DNA of 64,000 nucleotides from Vicugna vicugna (Eukaryota), in the NCBI GenBank assembly GCA_013265495.1, contig MU058482.1, positions 1 through 64,000 of the forward strand, in the 5' to 3' direction. Below, in pieces: positions 1-12,299 of this stretch. Numbering within the stretch: the first letter of the stretch is position 1; each line of letters opens with the position of its first letter. The position numbers and the translations under genes are program-made. The notes beneath the pieces were generated by a model, which had not been told where the DNA came from, searched no databases, and saw nothing but the letters and a program-made list of their open reading frames with translations.

Positions 1-841
1 GAGCCATAGGGAAGAGTGACCCCATTTCTCAAATTGCATAGTTTGACATAGATTTTAATAATTCAATTACATGAAAATTCTGATCAAATAAAACTATATG
101 GTTCATGCACTGTTAATTGCAGAACTCAATACAATTTCTTGAAATTTGGAGAGTTCTAGAAACCAAAAAATACACTCACTGTTTGCACAGAAATGATTCC
201 AAAAAGAATTTAGTTGGTGAAAAATAGGATATGTGTATGATGTCCACTCTGACTAACTTCCCACCCCTCCTCTCCTACTATTCAGTTCTTGACACCCTGC
301 TGACTCACACAGCTCATTATGATCTGGTTAGAATTCTTCTGGCCCCATTTTTCTGGTCAAATTCAATATTGTGTTCCTCCTTTCCTTCTATTTTTTTGTT
401 CTTTATTTTTTCTTCTTTGTATTCTTGTTCCTTCTACTCTCAGGGAAATACATGAAAAGGTAGGCTGTCTGGGGTATTGGAATAACTTCTGGGTCAGTGT
501 TTGGGGGATTTAGTTATAAAAATTTAAAAAGTGAAAACAGGGAATGGAGAGGTTTTCTCTTGTGCTTCCGTGCTCACAATGCTCTGTAATATCCTTGTTC
601 CTCTACCTCTGCTCAGAGAATCACCCTCACAGTGATTTATGGAGGTATGGGCTCCAGATTTCCGAAGTTTGTGTGGAATGGCAGAGCTGAAATCTGAGAT
701 GAACTTTACACAAACGCTGTTCCCCTCTCCCCACCTTTGCTATCTGTAATTTGCCTGCTCCCCGGCTCTCTGGTCTCCTCTCTTAACTGTTCAACCTTCT
801 GGGACCATCAGGAAAAGTCTTCATTTCTTGTATAGCCTACA

Positions 842-855
842 GTGCCCCCTGGTGG
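842..855 (-). promoter_or_regulatory. CTCF motif
   Basis: CCACCAGGGGGCAC on the minus strand; paralog of 42860-42873. Confidence 0.75.
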
Positions 856-1214
856 ATGGAAACCATCAACAAAGTCCCCTTCAGACCAATTTACTCAGCA
901 GCCAGTCACTTGTCTCCAGCCCCAATCACTCCATGCTTCCTGATGAAGGAAATGAAGATGGTCAGAAAACTAAGTAACTGCCTAGATTGAATGAAGATTA
1001 AAAATAAACCAAATCCTATTTTTAAAATGTTGTCTCATGGAAGTTAATACCCTAAAATAATTCGATAAATCTCATTTTGTGCTACTTATTTTACTTCAGT
1101 TCAAAATAAATCAATAATATTTATTGAAATTGTGGTGTAAATAAGGTAATTTACCAGGTCTCAAGAATAGATAAAAGAGGATAACATGCTAGTTTTTAGT
1201 CTACTGGGGAAGAC

Positions 1215-1215
<1 letters not shown>

Positions 1216-1262
<47 letters not shown>
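1216..1262. repeat. (TA)n(CA)n(TA)n compound microsatellite
   Basis: Direct reading. Confidence 0.9.
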
Positions 1263-2496
1263 GTAACTATAATAGAGTCAAAGCATAGGATCCTAAACAG
1301 AATGAAAACTAAATGCTTTATGATCCCAAAGGAGAGAGAAATACTTACACATGGGATGGTTGAATAAAATCTTATGAACAAGGTAGTTTTTTTCTCCTTC
1401 CTTCTTTTTTGAAGAGAAGAACAGAAAAGAGTATGCATAAACTGTTAGGATGGATTTTTATTACTTTTAATTAAGTTTAACAATAGGAAGGATTCATGAA
1501 TATATGAATGATTGAAAGTAATAAAACATTGTAGAGATTAAACTCCCCTTTGACTACCGCTGGCTATTCTGATCCTTTCATGACTTATTACCCTGGTTCT
1601 CTCCACATCTTGATCAATTCGGAGTTGATGCTTCCAGGTGGTTTTCTGTAGATTTGAATAAACAAAAAAACATGTAGCATTTTATTTATATTTCATTATG
1701 ATACAAATACACATTTTGGGCAAACCTTTCCGTAACTTGTTTTGTAAACTCAATGATAAATCTTGTAGGTCTTATTATACCATACGCCCTTCTGAACCAG
1801 TATGTCCCACATATGGTTAGACTACCATTTATACATCCATTCTTTGTTGGATAAACAGTTAAGCTGTTGGGGTTTTTAATCTACGAAATGCAGCACTACA
1901 ATAACCCATTTTGAGCCTTCCTCTTTATTCACAAGTGCACATGTTTCTCTAGGAGCAGAGACTAGGAAGAAATAAAGGAATGAGCAATGAGGTTAGTAGG
2001 GAAAAATCACTTCAAACAGAAGGACAATTAGGGACAAAGGGTCTGAGGAAGAATGGAGTGAATTCACATTCTGAGGACTTTGTTGAATGGTTTTCTTTCT
2101 TATTATTTTTCTTAATATGCTGGGAACTCTGGTTTATCAACTCATTTGGTAAATTCTCTCAGACATTACTGTCTGCATGCATAGCTGGCATGTAGTGTGC
2201 GTTAATAGTACACCCAAGGTTGTATATGCAAGAGGGAAAAACTAAAATTAGGCATAGAAAAAATACACATACGCATATATCATTTCAAGACACTTGTCAT
2301 AAGAACAGAAACTTTACATTTTCTAAATTAAATCAANNNNNNNNNNNNNNNNNNNNNNNNNNNNNNNNNNNNNNNNNNNNNNNNNNNNNNNNNNNNNNNN
2401 NNNNNNNNNNNNNNNNNNNNNNNNNNNNNNNNNNNNNNNNNNNNNNNNNNNNNNNNNNNNNNNNNNNNNNNNNNNNNNNNNNNNNNNNNNNNNNNN

Positions 2497-2738
2497 GAGC
2501 ATCTTCAAAGATGGCATGTTCCTGATGCCCCTGTGTGCAAAGACTAAAGCCCCCTCTCTCACCTGCCAAACCCAGCACACCCCCAAAAATGTCAAATCTG
2601 CTGAAGGCACAATCTAATCTAACACAACCAAGAAAGCTGAGCATCTTCCCAGGAAAGATGGCATGTTCCTGATGCCCCTGTGTGCAAAGACTAAAGCCCC
2701 CTCTCTCACCTGCCAAACCCAGCACACCCCCAACCCAA
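2497..2738. repeat. ~142-147 bp tandem repeat (about 1.7 units visible) between assembly gaps
   Basis: gagcatcttc...aaagatggcatgttcctgatgcccctgtgtgc... begins at both 2497 and 2639; flanked by N runs at 2337-2496 and 2739-3216. Confidence 0.85.
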
Positions 2739-3699
2739 NNNNNNNNNNNNNNNNNNNNNNNNNNNNNNNNNNNNNNNNNNNNNNNNNNNNNNNNNNNNNN
2801 NNNNNNNNNNNNNNNNNNNNNNNNNNNNNNNNNNNNNNNNNNNNNNNNNNNNNNNNNNNNNNNNNNNNNNNNNNNNNNNNNNNNNNNNNNNNNNNNNNNN
2901 NNNNNNNNNNNNNNNNNNNNNNNNNNNNNNNNNNNNNNNNNNNNNNNNNNNNNNNNNNNNNNNNNNNNNNNNNNNNNNNNNNNNNNNNNNNNNNNNNNNN
3001 NNNNNNNNNNNNNNNNNNNNNNNNNNNNNNNNNNNNNNNNNNNNNNNNNNNNNNNNNNNNNNNNNNNNNNNNNNNNNNNNNNNNNNNNNNNNNNNNNNNN
3101 NNNNNNNNNNNNNNNNNNNNNNNNNNNNNNNNNNNNNNNNNNNNNNNNNNNNNNNNNNNNNNNNNNNNNNNNNNNNNNNNNNNNNNNNNNNNNNNNNNNN
3201 NNNNNNNNNNNNNNNNGCTATAGCAGAGAATAAAGAAGCCAAGTGTTAATAAAAAATAACATTTTTATCAGTGGTCCCTCAAATCTCCATTCTTTTACAA
3301 TTTAGAATATTTTATGAACTGCTTATAAATGCACATTTCTAATTCCCCTAAAGACATTAAAATAATGTGGGAAATCCTCACCATCTAAATTGTATATAAA
3401 CATTCTGTGCACAAGAAATTAGTGAAAAGTTATATCAAAGAAGGATCAACTGTCTTATTAATGAACTTCACATTTATTTACTAAGAGTGTCAATTTTAAT
3501 ATTCTATTAAATGAAATATACTACAAAAAGCAATCTGGAGTCAGACTCATACACATAAAACATCTTAAACATTTTAACAATCTATCTTTTATATCCATTG
3601 TTTCCTAAATAAAGCTCTACCTTTGTATTCAGTAGTCCCCTAGGAATTGTGCAGGGAGGTTTAATTATACTAACAAAAGATCTGCAATAAACAACCTGA

Positions 3700-5890
3700 T
3701 TTAACCTCTTCAGGAACTAGACAAAGAACAAAGTAAATTCAAAAGGAAGGAAATAACAAAGATTAGAGCAGAAAATAGCAAAACAATAGAAAAAATCAAC
3801 AAAAACTGTTGAAAAGAAAATATAGAAGGAAAGTCTTGGTATTGATTTTAGCAGTGATCACGGACAAGACACCAAAATCACAGGGAACAAAAGCAAAAAC
3901 TAACAAGTGAGACTGCATCAAACTAAAGAGTTTCTGCACAGCAAAGAAATGATCAACAGCCTGAAAGCAACCCATGGAATGTAAGAAAATGTTTGCAAAT
4001 CACATATATGATAAGGGGTTAACATCCAAAATATATAAGGACTTCCTACAAATTAGCAGCAGTAAAAAACAAGACAAAACTAATAAAGTGATTTTCAAAA
4101 TGGGCTAAAGATTAGAATAAACATTTCACCAAAGAAGACATACAAATGGCCAATAAGTATGTGGGAAAATGCTCAGTGTCACTAATGAGGGACATGAAAA
4201 TCAAAGCCACAATGAGATATCACCTCACGGTCATGAAATCATATGAAAATGGAGCGTTGCATTAAATATTTTAATTTTTAAAATGTTGGTACTGGCCATA
4301 ACAAAGATGGCAGAAAAAAGCACATACTTAAATATGTGTAATTTCTACTTCTTTGTAATGATTATTCTCAATGTATCACCAGTACATTTACAATACATTT
4401 TAGTATCATCCATGTTTTATACCTCATAAGATTTTTTGATGGCTATTACCAAAAACACAAAAGACAAAAAGTGCTGTCAAGCATGTGGAGAGATCAAAAC
4501 CTTTGCACACTGTTAGTGGGAATGCTAACTGGTATAGCTGCTGTGGAAAACAGTATACAGGTTCTTCAAATCATTTAAAATAGAACTACCATGTGTTCTA
4601 GTCATCTCACTCCTGGATATTTATCCGAAGAATTGAAATCAGGATCTCAAAGAGATCATTAACACTCTTATACTTACTGTAGCACTGTTCACAATAGCCA
4701 AGATGTGGAAACAACTTAAATATCCAACAACATGGCTCAAGAAAATGAGATATTTAAAATAGTTAAATTCACAGAATCAAAGAGTAGAATGGAGGTTTCC
4801 ATGGGTTGTGGGGAGTGGGTAATAAAGGGTTACTAATTAACGGGCACTGACTCATTTAAGCAAGACGAAAGCTCTAGAGATCTGCTGTGCAACACTGTAC
4901 CTATAGCCAACAATATTGTACTGTACACTTAAAATGTTGTTAGGAGGGTGTATCTCATGTCAAGTGTTCTTTACACAATACAACGAAACTGAATTTTTAA
5001 AAATGAGGTATCACTGCACCCCCAGTAGAATGGCCAAAATCCAAAACACTAACAACAGCAAATGCTGGTGTCAAAACTTCAGAATTAGCCCAAGTAAAAC
5101 CAGTGAATCAGCAAAGTGATAGCTAATAAAAGGTTATTGGACACACACCGAAAAGTCCTTGAACCGGGACTCTCAAACCAAAACGTGGAATGTGGCTCCA
5201 GGGTATGTGGCTACAAAGCAGCTTCTATAAACAGGATGCAGTGACAGCTTATTCTTCAAAGTAATTGGTTCTAATATTAGAATTTTCTTAAATGATACGG
5301 AATCGATCAGTGTTTACCTCATATCAAGCGTGGGAAATACTTCAAGTTTTGCTTACGATGTCCAGCGGTTTTGTCTGCTCAGGGAACTTTCGAGGCTGCT
5401 CTGTTTGTTTTTTATTTTAACACTGGCAAGGATGTGAAGCAACAGGAAATCTCATTTGTGGCTGATGGGAATGCAAAATGGTACATGTGTGGCAGTTTCT
5501 TACCCAACTAAATACACTCTTACCATAAGATCTAGAGGTTATAATCCTTGGTGTTTACATAATCAAATAAGTTGAAAACTTATGTCTACACAAAAGCATT
5601 CATGCAAATATTTATAGCAACTTTATTCATATTTGTTAAAACTTGGAAGCAGCTAAAGGATAAACAGTGACACATCCAAACAATGGAATATTATTAGGTG
5701 CTAAAAGGAAATGAGCTATCAAGCCATGAAAAGACATGGAAGAACCCTGAATGTATATTTTTAAGTGAACAAAACAATTCTGAAAAGGCTACATGCCATC
5801 TGATTCCAACTATATAACAATCCGGAGAAAGTAAAACTATAAAGACAGTAAAAAGATCAGTGGATGCAAAGGGTTAGAGGGAAGAAGTAA
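3700..5890 (+). mobile_element. Old L1 (L1M-type) ORF2/3'-end fragments, fragmented and nested
   Basis: L1 motifs such as aaagaagacatacaaatggccaa, gcactgttcacaatagccaagatgtggaaacaac and caatggaatattatt. Confidence 0.8.
5069..5422. mobile_element. Solo LTR (ERV1-like) inserted in L1
   Basis: TGTCAAAA...TTTTAACA termini with a 4-bp TSD CTGG; paralogous copy at 19656-20083. Confidence 0.7.
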
Positions 5891-6989
5891 AAAAATTTAA
5901 ACATTTTTAAGAAGAGAAAGGCTAACTGGTAAGTAAAACTCAAAAAGCTTAGTCATACATGAGATCTGAGAGAATTTTTTATGTGCTGTTTGTCATCAGT
6001 TCATAGAAGACAGCTTCCACTTTTTGCTGCGTTTAGAAAATAATCATTGCTTGTTAGAATGAATTGCGAGAACATAGGTGCTCTTAAATTATAAATGATC
6101 TCACTCAGTCCTCCTATTTCAGCGCCCTCCTTCAGTGCCCGTGACACACGCACATGCACCCATGAGGGCAACGACACCTTTCTCAATTACTCACAAATAA
6201 TTGGTGCTTGTTTCCTTCAAACCTTTCACAAGTGTCAGCACACACTGCGATGCTTCTCACCCTAGGCTTAGGTTCCATCTTCATCCAGTCTGTAAGGCAA
6301 GTTGTCATTCTTCCTCAAACTTCCCACCCACTGACATTTGGTTCACATCCCTGTCTGCCATTATCTCCTTTTCTGTTCTCTTTGTGATTGCAGGTTATGA
6401 ACTTTCCGATTTCTTTACACCCTTTTTAATAGAGTTTCAGAGGGATAAAGAGATAAATGTGAATAAAAATCCCTTCCTCTCTTTCCATTGTTTGGTTAAA
6501 CATGAGATTCTTTTCCTCTCTCTCCACTTCTCTCTCTATTAGGAGCAACAGTTTTGAAGGCTATACTCACCCAGCACCACCCCTCCCGGACTCTGTCAGG
6601 GAGACGTTATGCAGATGACACCTTCTCTGGCACAACCTGGCTCTGTATAAGTATTATGAGACACAGCAGTACCCACCAGGGTGACCTGGAACAACGTGTG
6701 GGAGCAGGACTTCGCAAGGATGTGCAAAGGACTGCTTCACTGTTTATGCGGTTCTATCTTGAAATTAACTTGGCCCTAGATGAGGGACTATTGGAGTCAG
6801 ACTGTTTAGAATTTCACTTATGAAGAGTTGGGTAAGGGGGAGGGTTACTTCCTCTTCTTATGCTGTAACCATCCGTGTGATCTATGTGTCACCTGGAGAC
6901 TGAGGGACAAACCACCACAGACTGTGCTGGAACCAGAGAGGATCAAACAGTCAGAGACACTCAGCACCCAGGCCCCGCCTGCTGCTCAG

Positions 6990-7028
6990 AGTTTGTGCTC
7001 AGCTCCCCCTGCAGCTCCTGTCACTGTG
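6990..7028 (-). other. 23-RSS of TRAV9 (7 kb copy)
   Basis: Heptamer CACAGTG (7028-7022), 23-bp spacer, nonamer GCACAAACT (6998-6990). Confidence 0.95.
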
Positions 7029-7487
7029 TCACCCAGAGCACAGTAGTACACAGCCGAGTCTGCCCCTTGGACTGAGGCTTTCTCCAAGTGGAAGGAAGTT
7101 GGTTCTCTGTGGTACGTGGCTTCAAAACCTTTCTTGAGTACCTTCTCCTTGTCCCTTGAGGTTTTCAGGAGGAGCTGTGGACCTTCTCCGGGGTACTGGA
7201 CGTACCAGAAAAGAGTGGGGTATCCCGTGGTTGAATAATTGCAGTTGATAGTCAGGGCAGCTGATTCTGAAAGGGTCACTGGGCCTTCCGTCTGCATCAC
7301 TGAGTCTCCACGGGTTCGTCCTGGGCAAGGATAAAATAGTTCATTTCCCCTTGGGTATAAAGCTCTCAGATAAACTTACGGTTAAAGATTTCCTGATGAG
7401 ACAGAAGAAAGAATACACATTTTTAGAGGCATTTTACTTACCAAGCATTAAGAGCACCACAGTCACTAAGCCTGGAGGAGAGTTCAT
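7029..7487 (-). CDS. TRAV9: TCR alpha V segment, TRAV9 subgroup (TRAV9-2-like), apparently functional; leader 7487-7442, V exon 7320-7029
   Basis: Leader MNSPPGLVTVVLLML|G with GTAAGT donor and CAG acceptor. V exon [19 protein letters not shown]...[23 protein letters not shown]...[10 protein letters not shown] keeps Cys23/Trp41/Cys104 and is followed directly by an RSS. Resembles human TRAV9-2. Confidence 0.95.
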
Positions 7488-7607
7488 CTCTACAGTGTCG
7501 CCTGAATAACGTGCTTGACAACTACTACGAAGCAATGTTGAGGTCACAGCGAAGGGCTAAAGGGAAGCCTGCATTTCACACAGGAAGTGTGTTTGTGTTA
7601 GGAAGCT

Positions 7608-7621
7608 GCTCCCCCTGGTGG
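7608..7621 (-). promoter_or_regulatory. CTCF motif in TRAV9 promoter
   Basis: CCACCAGGGGGAGC about 120 bp upstream of the ATG; ETS-type CAGGAAGTG at 7581-7589. Confidence 0.75.
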
Positions 7622-9256
7622 ATGGGGACAGAAATGGATGCATGTTTCCTAGTCTCCTCCCCTTGTCATAAATATGTCTCATCCATGTGTTCAGGTGACA
7701 CTTGGAAATCAGATCAACAACTGTTGTAAACTCTCAGGTCTGTTTTGTTCTTAGGACACTACTTGATATGGAAGTTCTTCAACAGACTGTCCCAAGGTAC
7801 TTCTGTAGCTGAGAAGATACCAGTTTTCCTAAGCATTTTAATATAGTCATTTGTATTCTCATGTATTCACATGGACCAACCTGTAATCCACTGAATTTCA
7901 AATAAGCACTTCGGTTGAATACAGACGAAGTAATAAGAAGTCACATCATTTTGAATGAATCTGTGCATTATATCCCAATATATATATAACAGTAGTGGCC
8001 AACATTTATCATATGCTTACTAAATATTTGTTTTATTAAACAAAAATAATTGTCTTTGATTGAGGAATCACTGCCACTTGAAATGCAGTACTTTCTCTGT
8101 CCTAAAATATTATCAACTGTAAAGATGCTGTGTTTTTAACAAAAGCTTCCCAAAAGAAAATCACATCATCTTATTAATAGTCAAATAATCTTGAATTTCA
8201 GAATCATCTAAATGTGAAAACAAAAGATACATTATAATTGAAGTGATCAGATCCCCATAGAATTATCTGAGATTGATATCTTATTCTCCCACTATTTCCT
8301 TGACTCCAACATAAATTGGCTGGCCCATGTGAAAGAGACAAGAGCAAATCTTATACTCTTAGTGGATATCTACTTTGAAGAATGCTTCCTATTATAGTGC
8401 ATCTGCCACATTTTGTTGCCAAACTTTAATCAAATGGTTTCACTCACATTGTTGGGAGCCCTGGAGATATGGATTTGCATCAAAAGCCTGGAGCATGAGC
8501 TAGGACTCTCTTCTTTCCCAGTTTTTCCAAATGTTAGATTCAATGTGTGTGTGATTTAAAATTATAGCGTCTTGGCTCCCACCACTAACTTCATGAATCA
8601 TATTTTCCAGGATTGAGATCCACGAATTATAATTTTTTTAAGTTCCCCAGGAGGTTCCCAAGCAAGCCCAATGTCGGTTTACAAAGTTTCATTTGTGATC
8701 ACTCTTAGATCAGGGTGATTGTCAAAGTTATCAGCAAGAAAGATCTAGGATCAGAATGGGAAAATGTCCTCATGACTATACAAATTTTTAAAAGCCAATC
8801 TTTCTCTATGAAGTATCAGCATAAAAAATAAAGGCTTCTTTACCTCCTTTTTTATGACCATTCATTTTATAAAACAAAAACCTCTGAGGACTATCGAGAT
8901 GAAGTTCTGGAGAAGGACGCATCTTCTGTAAAGCCTGTAACAATGACTCCTTAAGACACACAGATGGAAGCTTAGCTGCGTCTCTGTGCTGGAGTTCACT
9001 CTCTACAGATGCACATTAAGGAGCTTCATGAGTCCAGAGTCAACATGGGAATAGTTTCCCAGATGCTGACCTAACTAAGAAATTCAGGCACCGATCCTGT
9101 TTGGGTGCATGTATCCCTTCCTTTCTCCTCCCACCAACCAAATCACATCATCAGAACTCACGTCAAAAATATGCTAGAAAGGAATTCTGGAAAAGCAACT
9201 ACAAACTTCTATTTGGGCATGGGGGGAAGCAAAATAGGTTGGGATGATGCTGAGTT

Positions 9257-9525
9257 AAAAATAAACGTATAGATGAAGAAAATTGTTATCTATACTTTTT
9301 TAAAAAACATAGTTAAATGCAAATGAGAACATAGAGGAGAAATATTTTTCATTTTGGGTCATAAAAGAAGAATTGTCTAACATTGAGAGAAAAAAATAAA
9401 CGTATAGATGAAGAAAATTGTTATCTATACTTTTTTAAAAAACATAGTTAAATGCAAATGAGAACATAGAGGAGAAATATTTTTCATTTTGGGTCATAAA
9501 AGAAGACTCGTCTAACATTGAGAGA
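9257..9525. repeat. 135-bp direct tandem duplication
   Basis: cgtatagatgaagaaaattg... at 9266 and 9401; about 2 mismatches. Confidence 0.92.
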
Positions 9526-9629
9526 AGGTTATTTGTTATATATGGATTTATAATGCCCTTATTAATGGATAATTTTCATAAAAATAAATTGCACCTACTT
9601 CAACAATTTTATAAGATTTGACATATGTA

Positions 9630-10115
9630 TATGGAAAACAGTATGGAGGCTCCTCAAAAGATTAAAAATAGACTTACCATATGATCCAGCAATCCCACTC
9701 CTGGGCATATATCCAGAGGGAACCTTAATTCAAAAAGATACATGTACCCCAATGTTCATAGCAGTACTATTTACAATAGCCAAGACATGGAAACAGCCTA
9801 AATGTGCATCGACAGATGACTGGATAAAGAAGTTGTGGTATATTTGTACAATGGAATACTACTCAGCCATAAAAAGAATAAAATAATGCCATTTGCAGCA
9901 ACATGGATGGACCTAGAGAATGTGATTAAAAGTGAAGTAAGCCAGAAAGAGAAAGAAAATTAGCATATGATATCACTTACATACGGAATCTTAAAAAAAA
10001 AAAAGACAAACTTAGAAGCAGATTCACAGACAGAAAACAAATTTATACTTACCAGGGGGAAAGGTGATGAAAAGGATAAACTGGAAGTTCAAGATTTGCA
10101 GACACTAACTAATAA
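9630..10115 (+). mobile_element. L1 3' fragment (ORF2 C-terminus/3'UTR)
   Basis: catatgatccagcaatcccactcctgggcatatatccagag...gcaacatggatggacctagag. Confidence 0.88.
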
Positions 10116-10859
10116 AATGTGCCACGTGATGACAAAAGATGCTTTTGGAGGAGTGGTGCATTGCGCAGAACACAGAAAGAAGAATATTCATAGTCTGTTC
10201 CTTCACAATATCCTTCTAAGAGTCACAAACTATTGATCATTTTGCGGATAAGACTGGTGGGAGGCCAGTAAACCTACATTATGAAAATTGAGCTCTTCCA
10301 TCCTAGAGGTGTTAATAAGATGGAATGAGTATCAGCACAATGTTGGCAACCTAGAAAGTAAATGAGAGCACATTAACTCAACTAATAAACGTGAAGCACA
10401 CTAATTCATACGGTGTAAGACAGCATGATACGCAGAACGAGGAAAACCACACAGAGGTTTCACAGACGTCTTTATTTAAAACAATGTCTACAATATACAT
10501 TCAAAAATATTTATTGAACAAATTGATCTGAAAATCCAACAATTCACTCATATTTTTACTACTTTTTGCATCAGATGTTTCTGAATTTCCTCAGTCATTT
10601 CTTCTAGCTCAATCTAATCTCCAAACAGCAAAGATTTTATGTGGCAGTTGTCTTCAATAGACAATTTGCACCCAAATTATCAGGTTTACAAAAGTTTGTA
10701 ATAGACACTGTTTACGAACTTAGATAAATATTTCCTTAGAATGAGTGTTTTCCCTCTAACCCCACACCTGTGCTGCCACAGCCCTCGCCACTTCCTGTCT
10801 GTGATGGCAATACCCTGGCCTGGTCCCTACAGCAGGTGGATGGACCAAGCAGAGCCCTG

Positions 10860-10898
10860 GGTTTTGATACACCTCCCTCCAACAACCCTCGCAATGTG
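10860..10898 (-). other. 23-RSS of TRAV14 (11 kb copy), variant
   Basis: Heptamer CACATTG (10898-10892), 23-bp spacer, nonamer ATCAAAACC. Confidence 0.9.
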
Positions 10899-11411
10899 GG
10901 CTCACTCAGTGCACAGAAATACACTGCAGAGTCCTCCAGCTGTGAGGCTGAGATGACGAGTTTGATGGATTTGCTTGCCTTCTGGAAATTCAATGAGTAG
11001 CGACCTTCTGTGGCATTTTGCTGGTTATAAGTGTCCTGACCAATTAGGAAAGTCATCGCCCCACTGCTGGGCTGCTTGTACCAGAAAAGAATAAACTTTG
11101 GATCACTGGTCTCGTATGTGCAGTCCAGGGTCACAGCCTCCTTCTCCTGCACTAACATTGGTGGCTGGTCTTGAGTTACCTTCTGGGCAATGCTGGATCC
11201 TGAGAAAATAAACACAGAATCAGAAGTTAGGAATAAGTAGTGTGGAACAAAGAAATCCTATTTTACACCCTACTACCCCTTCCTTCCCGAGGTACCCATA
11301 AGAATGCTACCCTCAGTCTTCAGGTCATAGAGGAGGCACAGTCCCCCTGGGACCACCCCTACCTAGCCAGCATGAAGCCATGGCCACCTTCAGAAGGCTG
11401 GAGAGAAGCAT
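10899..11411 (-). CDS. TRAV14/DV4: TRAV14/DV4-like V segment, open frame; leader 11411-11363, V exon 11199-10899
   Basis: Leader [18 protein letters not shown] exon [47 protein letters not shown]...[16 protein letters not shown]...VYFCALSE, close to human TRAV14/DV4. Confidence 0.95.
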
Positions 11412-11570
11412 GTTTCAGGTCTGCCACCAGGTGGAAAACGTCTTCTTCAATTTCAGGGCTGTGCAAGGTGAGGCGAGCCCGACAGGATGAGGGGAGACTC
11501 ACTGGTCTATGTGCTGCTGCTGCCTCAGAACAGGAAGCAGGGGTTTGCTGCTGCAGCAAGTTGATGTGAG

Positions 11571-11578
11571 TGACGTCA
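11571..11578. promoter_or_regulatory. CRE (CREB/ATF) palindrome in TRAV14 promoter
   Basis: TGACGTCA 160 bp upstream of the ATG, conserved in the paralog; CRE sites are typical of TCR V promoters. Confidence 0.65.
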
Positions 11579-12299
11579 AAAATCTCTATGGACTACGTGA
11601 GAGTCTCCCTCAACCCAAACTTCCTTTTGCATTAAGCAACTCTTCAATTGATAGCAATTACATCTGAAAATAAATATGATTTAAATTTTATATTGAAAAG
11701 GAGATTGATGACTCCACTAATGCTGTGTTCAGTGATTGCATCTGTGAAGGAACTGAGTGGGTGGCATTTATTTAAACATACTACATGTACTGCATTATGA
11801 AAACAGCATTAGACATAATAACCATGTATGCTTATCCTTATGTCTGCTGTTCTTCCGCCTAAGGTAGAAATAAATCACTTCATGATAAGAAAGCAAAGTT
11901 GTTTGGTCTAATCACTAGAGCTCTTTTATTCTGCCTATTGTTACAGCAATGTTTCTTGTCCTATCAATATTTGTTCGTCTGGCTATCTTGGGGCCAAAAG
12001 CTGAAAAATTTAATCATCCTCTGCTGAGGAATTTAGACTGAGGCTTCTCACATTCAGTCCTGTCACAGAGGTCCCCTTCCCTTCTCTGTTAGTTTTGACG
12101 GCCCACCTCTGTTCACCTTAGTTTGGTCATTAGGTTATCAAACCTTTGAATTTATATTTTTCCTATTACCTCAGTTGGGACCATGATGAGCCACAGTGCA
12201 CCTCTATATTCTGTATGCCCAGCTCCAAAGGGAATACATTGTAGATGACCTCATACACCTTCGGAAGACAGCTGTTCATATGATCACCACGGATGATAA

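Larger units (their letters stand above)
1..3690. repeat. Paralog of the TRAV43-like upstream region (41535-44960)
   Basis: Shared anchors such as gaagagtgaccccattt (11 vs 41544), near-identical 490-1020 vs 42510-43040, and 3310-3690 vs 43770-44950. Confidence 0.88.

Noticed and set aside
2220..3242. Long ORFs in the ORF track
   Set aside because: Artefacts of N runs translated as X.
6828..7328. Antisense and alternative-frame ORFs over V genes (repeated at 10.7, 22.4, 28.9, 56.0 and 62.0 kb)
   Set aside because: Shadows of V exons; their recurrence only reflects paralogy. The read-through tails past the heptamer are RSS sequence, not protein.
11421..11437. CTCF-like ctgccaccaggtggaaa just upstream of the TRAV14 ATG
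   Set aside because: Quasi-palindromic, imperfect on both strands and altered in the paralog (ctgccactagatgg); orientation and binding cannot be called.
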